This document shows positions 46,301 to 48,058 of a DNA stretch of 48,058 bases, in pieces (within the stretch, counting starts at the first letter, position 1; each line of letters opens with the position of its first letter). Source of the stretch: Anaerolineae bacterium (GTDB lineage Bacteria; Chloroflexota; Anaerolineae; Aggregatilineales; Aggregatilineaceae). The DNA lies in the NCBI GenBank assembly GCA_016929355.1, contig JAFGJA010000322.1, forward strand, positions 1-48,058, given 5' to 3'. Made by a program: the position numbers and the translations under genes. The notes under the pieces were generated by a model. It saw only the letters and a list, made by a program, of their open reading frames with translations. It did no database searches and was not told where the DNA came from.

Positions 46301-47677
46301 CAGATTATCGTTATGCAACTGCCCATCAATTTGATCGAGTTTATCCTGAACCTCGCGCAGGGCGGTATGCATGTCATCTATCAAGCGCAGATGCGAGTCA
46401 ATCCGAAGCTCCCTTTGCATCGGTTGGAACGTATCCAGAATAATTTTGGTGCGATGCATAGCCTCTTCTGGATTTTGCTGCTGAATCAATCCTTCTAGCT
46501 GGGCGCTATCTTCTTCCAACAGTAAGTTGGCGGTGGTTTCCAGCGCACTCCGCACGTTATCAACTTTATCTGAATAATGTGCCCCTTCGTAAGCACGCAG
46601 GGCATCCTCGTAATAACGCCAAGCCTGCACAATATCACGATCCAACACATTGGTCGCTGCCTCGGCATGTCGTTCTGCCTCATTCAGTTTTTCCAATGCC
46701 TGATCGATGAGATCACCTAAATTTTCAATCTGGCGTATCCGGTCTGAAGAGAGCCAATCGTTACCAAGCAGTTCTGCTAATGAAACAGGTCGAAGCTCTA
46801 TCGCACCTAATGCGCCAGCCTCCAGGCCAGGGTCTTCAGGCTCTTCGAATTTGCGATACTCATTTAATGTCTCCAGTGCGGCACGTGGCTTGTAGTTATC
46901 CAGATGACGGCGGGCTGTATCAATGTAATCCACCACACGCCCATCAATAAACCCGCGAGCCTGCGCGGCGGCGTGCTCACGAGCTTGTGCTTTGGGGTGA
47001 CGTGTGCCAATATTGCCGCGCCCGTCCACCACTGGCACGAGTTCCCCATCAGGAACCGAATCAATAAAGACCAGGGTTTTGACATACTGCCCCAATAATG
47101 CCCCAGATGTCAGCGCTTCAGTTTCTATCGTGGCGCGTTCACGGCGAGCACGTGCCTGCTGTGCCAATTCCTGTAATCGGGTGTTCCCCTCGTGATCGGC
47201 AGAGGCATCACGCGCAATTTCATACGCCCGATCATAAAGTTCTTTTAATACGCTCGCGGTGGCGCTGCTTTCGCTCTCGCGTTGCGCGCGCTCCCACAGA
47301 TCATTAACCTCATTGTAGATAGTGAGATAATCCAGATATTTGGCTTGTTCAGCACGCAGCGCACGCACGCGCCGAATATAGCTTTCCAGTTCGGCATCAG
47401 AGTCGCTAATGACCGCGCGCTGCCAGAGCGCAATCCATTCATCAACGACATGATCACGGTCAAAATCCACCAGATCGCGGGCCATCTCTACATCGAGTTC
47501 AGCCTGTGCTTGATCGATAGCGGCGCGAGCCTGGTGGCGTATAGTTTTGCGTACTTCACCGAGATCGGTAGTTAGTTCAAGATCGGCTTCGTGTTCCTGT
47601 GTATAACGATAAGCATCCCCATACCGACCTAGATTGCGCAAACGCTCTACTTCATTAAAATACTGGTCAATTGCCAC
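43394..47677 (-). CDS. 1427-aa cytoplasmic all-alpha repeat / coiled-coil protein (hypothetical scaffold); first gene of the minus-strand array
   Basis: GTG start with AAGGGTGA upstream. No TM or signal peptide. TPR-like helical hairpins (e.g. ERLRNLGRYGDAYRYTQ, LLAEGRPGEAYRQLQSI). Charged helical composition throughout. No catalytic motif recognised. Confidence 0.7.
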   Translation of the reverse strand: MAIDQYFNEVERLRNLGRYGDAYRYTQEHEADLELTTDLGEVRKTIRHQARAAIDQAQAELDVEMARDLVDFDRDHVVDEWIALWQRAVISDSDAELESYIRRVRALRAEQAKYLDYLTIYNEVNDLWERAQRESESSATASVLKELYDRAYEIARDASADHEGNTRLQELAQQARARRERATIETEALTSGALLGQYVKTLVFIDSVPDGELVPVVDGRGNIGTRHPKAQAREHAAAQARGFIDGRVVDYIDTARRHLDNYKPRAALETLNEYRKFEEPEDPGLEAGALGAIELRPVSLAELLGNDWLSSDRIRQIENLGDLIDQALEKLNEAERHAEAATNVLDRDIVQAWRYYEDALRAYEGAHYSDKVDNVRSALETTANLLLEEDSAQLEGLIQQQNPEEAMHRTKIILDTFQPMQRELRIDSHLRLIDDMHTALREVQDKLDQIDGQLHNDNLDAAARIMRALENDFHLRQYYEVHPLYERLKGEVTLRLNAEAELERLREYLGNPRRDRVQRALDAARTASERDTAFTQEFDDLALNLDAHLLFLDLDRLLASEGYDEVIAQLEHTITGDGLQNDLRNKLIDRLEDIRHRSRELDRDRDTLTRGQQLLAEGRPGEAYRQLQSIKNFVNLTERRTRDRFLEDARVQWVQQILGRFNNLKIDTEFDRAEFQEALTDLGDLDPDQAQRVRRRYRLYEGAQLARDHANAKHLDAAIEQWQTLLESHPSWEDVAYIRKQIAAVKKQQKEMQIDRLLEPGERGLNADAVSEWISELIEIARELAEDATDTADPIDHTQYLVWRIRVMLTHAQYTPDLKTRRELLHDVSDIARALENQIRTAEKDKLAPNQRHVIDHAKEYIQVALAGPAIGDSMREVEERLQVAVELALFQQAYDRWDEAFAPCRETLPALQRWFDERVHQVQADLREALQRLGGNDPDNYVGLTPDTLPLYAKLLVLDEDDPAGVWMLRQLTQLSGVIVEDVDRLYARAFSPEGISVGQARKALENKRVAVVNYLNYVRLIRDLVELFHGLDALREHGTLLIRTCAEQIPALDELRGKLQHFLNAGESFENFVRNYEPRDDGNNNWHDFEREYRQAWENFLAEVRAIEDDLDQHPWVEDDLKSRFDKRFSELRDLVNLLTGVQDDMRAERFVEAAQKAKTVEETRIYKNMFKEMMLYREVRVRDVWTDSDVMGWDAILQLISMRLRQFEIIVDWSQQFGAPNIVQPEELLNQTAQPDPAVIVWPQIKQRAVIEQEKGNFVLAQQLVEGALYGFDDPTYADKIGLQKALEAVSTPPVAEDNALADYALAQKRAGSRRGRNILEWMERHRYQRYNQYVEEVHHELARINTVEADWDRRRVEFNGLLTAMDEVLTVRMNRRKRRQRLTPLVQEADQMLVGLRRLCPQNPQVTNLENHPVLLEARRASR

Positions 47678-47723
47678 GAGGCTTCACCCTTCCCATTAAA
47701 CGCCTTGACCTAAATAATAAAGT

Positions 47724-47729
47724 ATTATA
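47724..47729 (-). promoter_or_regulatory. Candidate -10 box (perfect TATAAT on the minus strand) for the 35-kb array
   Basis: ATTATA on the plus strand at 47724-47729, about 47 nt upstream of GTG 47677. Possible -35 TTCATA with an 18-nt spacer. Lies in an AT-rich intergenic region. Confidence 0.3.
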
Positions 47730-48001
47730 TCCCTGAATAAGCTCCAATATGAAATGATTTTGCTCCCAATATTACTGTATATTTATCAAACGTATCAGGC
47801 CTAAAAGTTAGGGGCACAGGGGGTGATCCCCAACTAAAGTGTGTTTAAGGCTCAAAAAGGTCCTAAACCTTGACAAACAAGCCCCTGAGACGACAATGGT
47901 CCAGGCGTTTGGGATCATGAGTAGATGGTACGGATCGAGCAACGAATTATTGCGCTACTGGGGCCTTATGCTAGTACAACTTGGCGAAAAATCATCATCA
48001 G

Positions 48002-48058
48002 TTAAGCCTGAAGTGGGCGTCCGGTATAGGTCCATTTGAAAGGCTTAGCCATTGTGCG
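48002..48058 (-). CDS. Transposase C-terminal fragment (IS630-like), running off the right edge
   Basis: The minus-strand frame reads ...RTMAKPFKWTYTGRPLQA then TAA (48004-48002). The AKPF[KR]WTY..G.PL tail is what I recall for IS630-family DDE transposases. Only 18 aa are visible, so this is tentative. Confidence 0.35.
   Translation of the reverse strand, partial: RTMAKPFKWTYTGRPLQA

Noticed and set aside
47705-47730. Plus-strand TTGACC followed by AT-rich TATTAT/TATATC, read as a rightward promoter
   Set aside because: The spacing between TTGACC and any acceptable -10 hexamer is wrong (about 12-15 nt), and there is no credible downstream plus-strand gene. The perfect TATAAT on the minus strand in the same region fits the large array better.
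47839-48039. 66-aa plus-strand ORF near the right edge
   Set aside because: No SD or motif. It overlaps the minus-strand transposase tail and the presumed IS terminal region, so it is probably non-coding.
1-48058. Prophage, secretion-system (T6SS/T7SS), CRISPR, tRNA/rRNA or biosynthetic-cluster interpretation
   Set aside because: I recognised no portal, terminase, capsid, integrase, ATPase-ring secretion components, repeat-spacer arrays, cloverleaf-like or rRNA-like segments, or PKS/NRPS motifs on either strand.
1-48058. Classical composite transposon carrying the whole cluster
   Set aside because: The two flanking transposase fragments appear to belong to different IS families (IS701-like versus IS630-like), so they cannot act as a matched pair. 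I kept only the weaker observation that the region is IS-rich and plastic.

Overview
This is a densely coding 48-kb locus with an accessory-island look. It probably comes from a filamentous Chloroflexota-like bacterium; that guess rests only on the Pro/Thr-rich linkers and the gene content. Both window edges carry the 3' end of a transposase gene, and the two belong to different families (IS701/SRSO17-like at 1-195 on the plus strand, IS630-like at 48002-58 on the minus strand). Between them, a 6-gene plus-strand operon (749-12996) converges on a 14-gene, roughly 35-kb minus-strand array (47677 down to 12963). Most junctions in that array are 1-33 nt gaps or overlaps.

The content is highly iterative:
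- **vWA proteins:** five paralogous secreted, single-pass membrane proteins with an extracellular von Willebrand A (vWA/MIDAS) domain.
- **Tubulin-like proteins:** five giant tubulin/FtsZ-like (Tubulin_2 / FtsZl-1 type) domains. Two have canonical GTP-binding loops and three have degenerate ones.
- **Gene order:** a vWA gene sits immediately 5' of a tubulin-like gene three times. A fourth time the two are fused in one 1850-aa polypeptide (vWA, 2 TM, PD40 beta-propeller, TM, tubulin-like).
- **Other genes in the array:** a kinase-fold protein, a PPP/metallophosphoesterase, a small TRAFAC GTPase, two very large alpha-helical/coiled-coil proteins, a hyper-acidic disordered protein, and envelope proteins (Ig-like lipoprotein, SH3b-anchored protein, CAP/PR-1 protein).

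No rRNA, tRNA, CRISPR array, phage genes or known secretion or biosynthetic hallmarks were seen.

My reading is that this is an uncharacterised transmembrane system coupling extracellular vWA 'receptor/adhesin' modules to a cytoplasmic tubulin-like GTPase polymer, under phospho- and GTPase control. This is inference. All domain calls rest on motifs read by eye from the translations; no searches were run.
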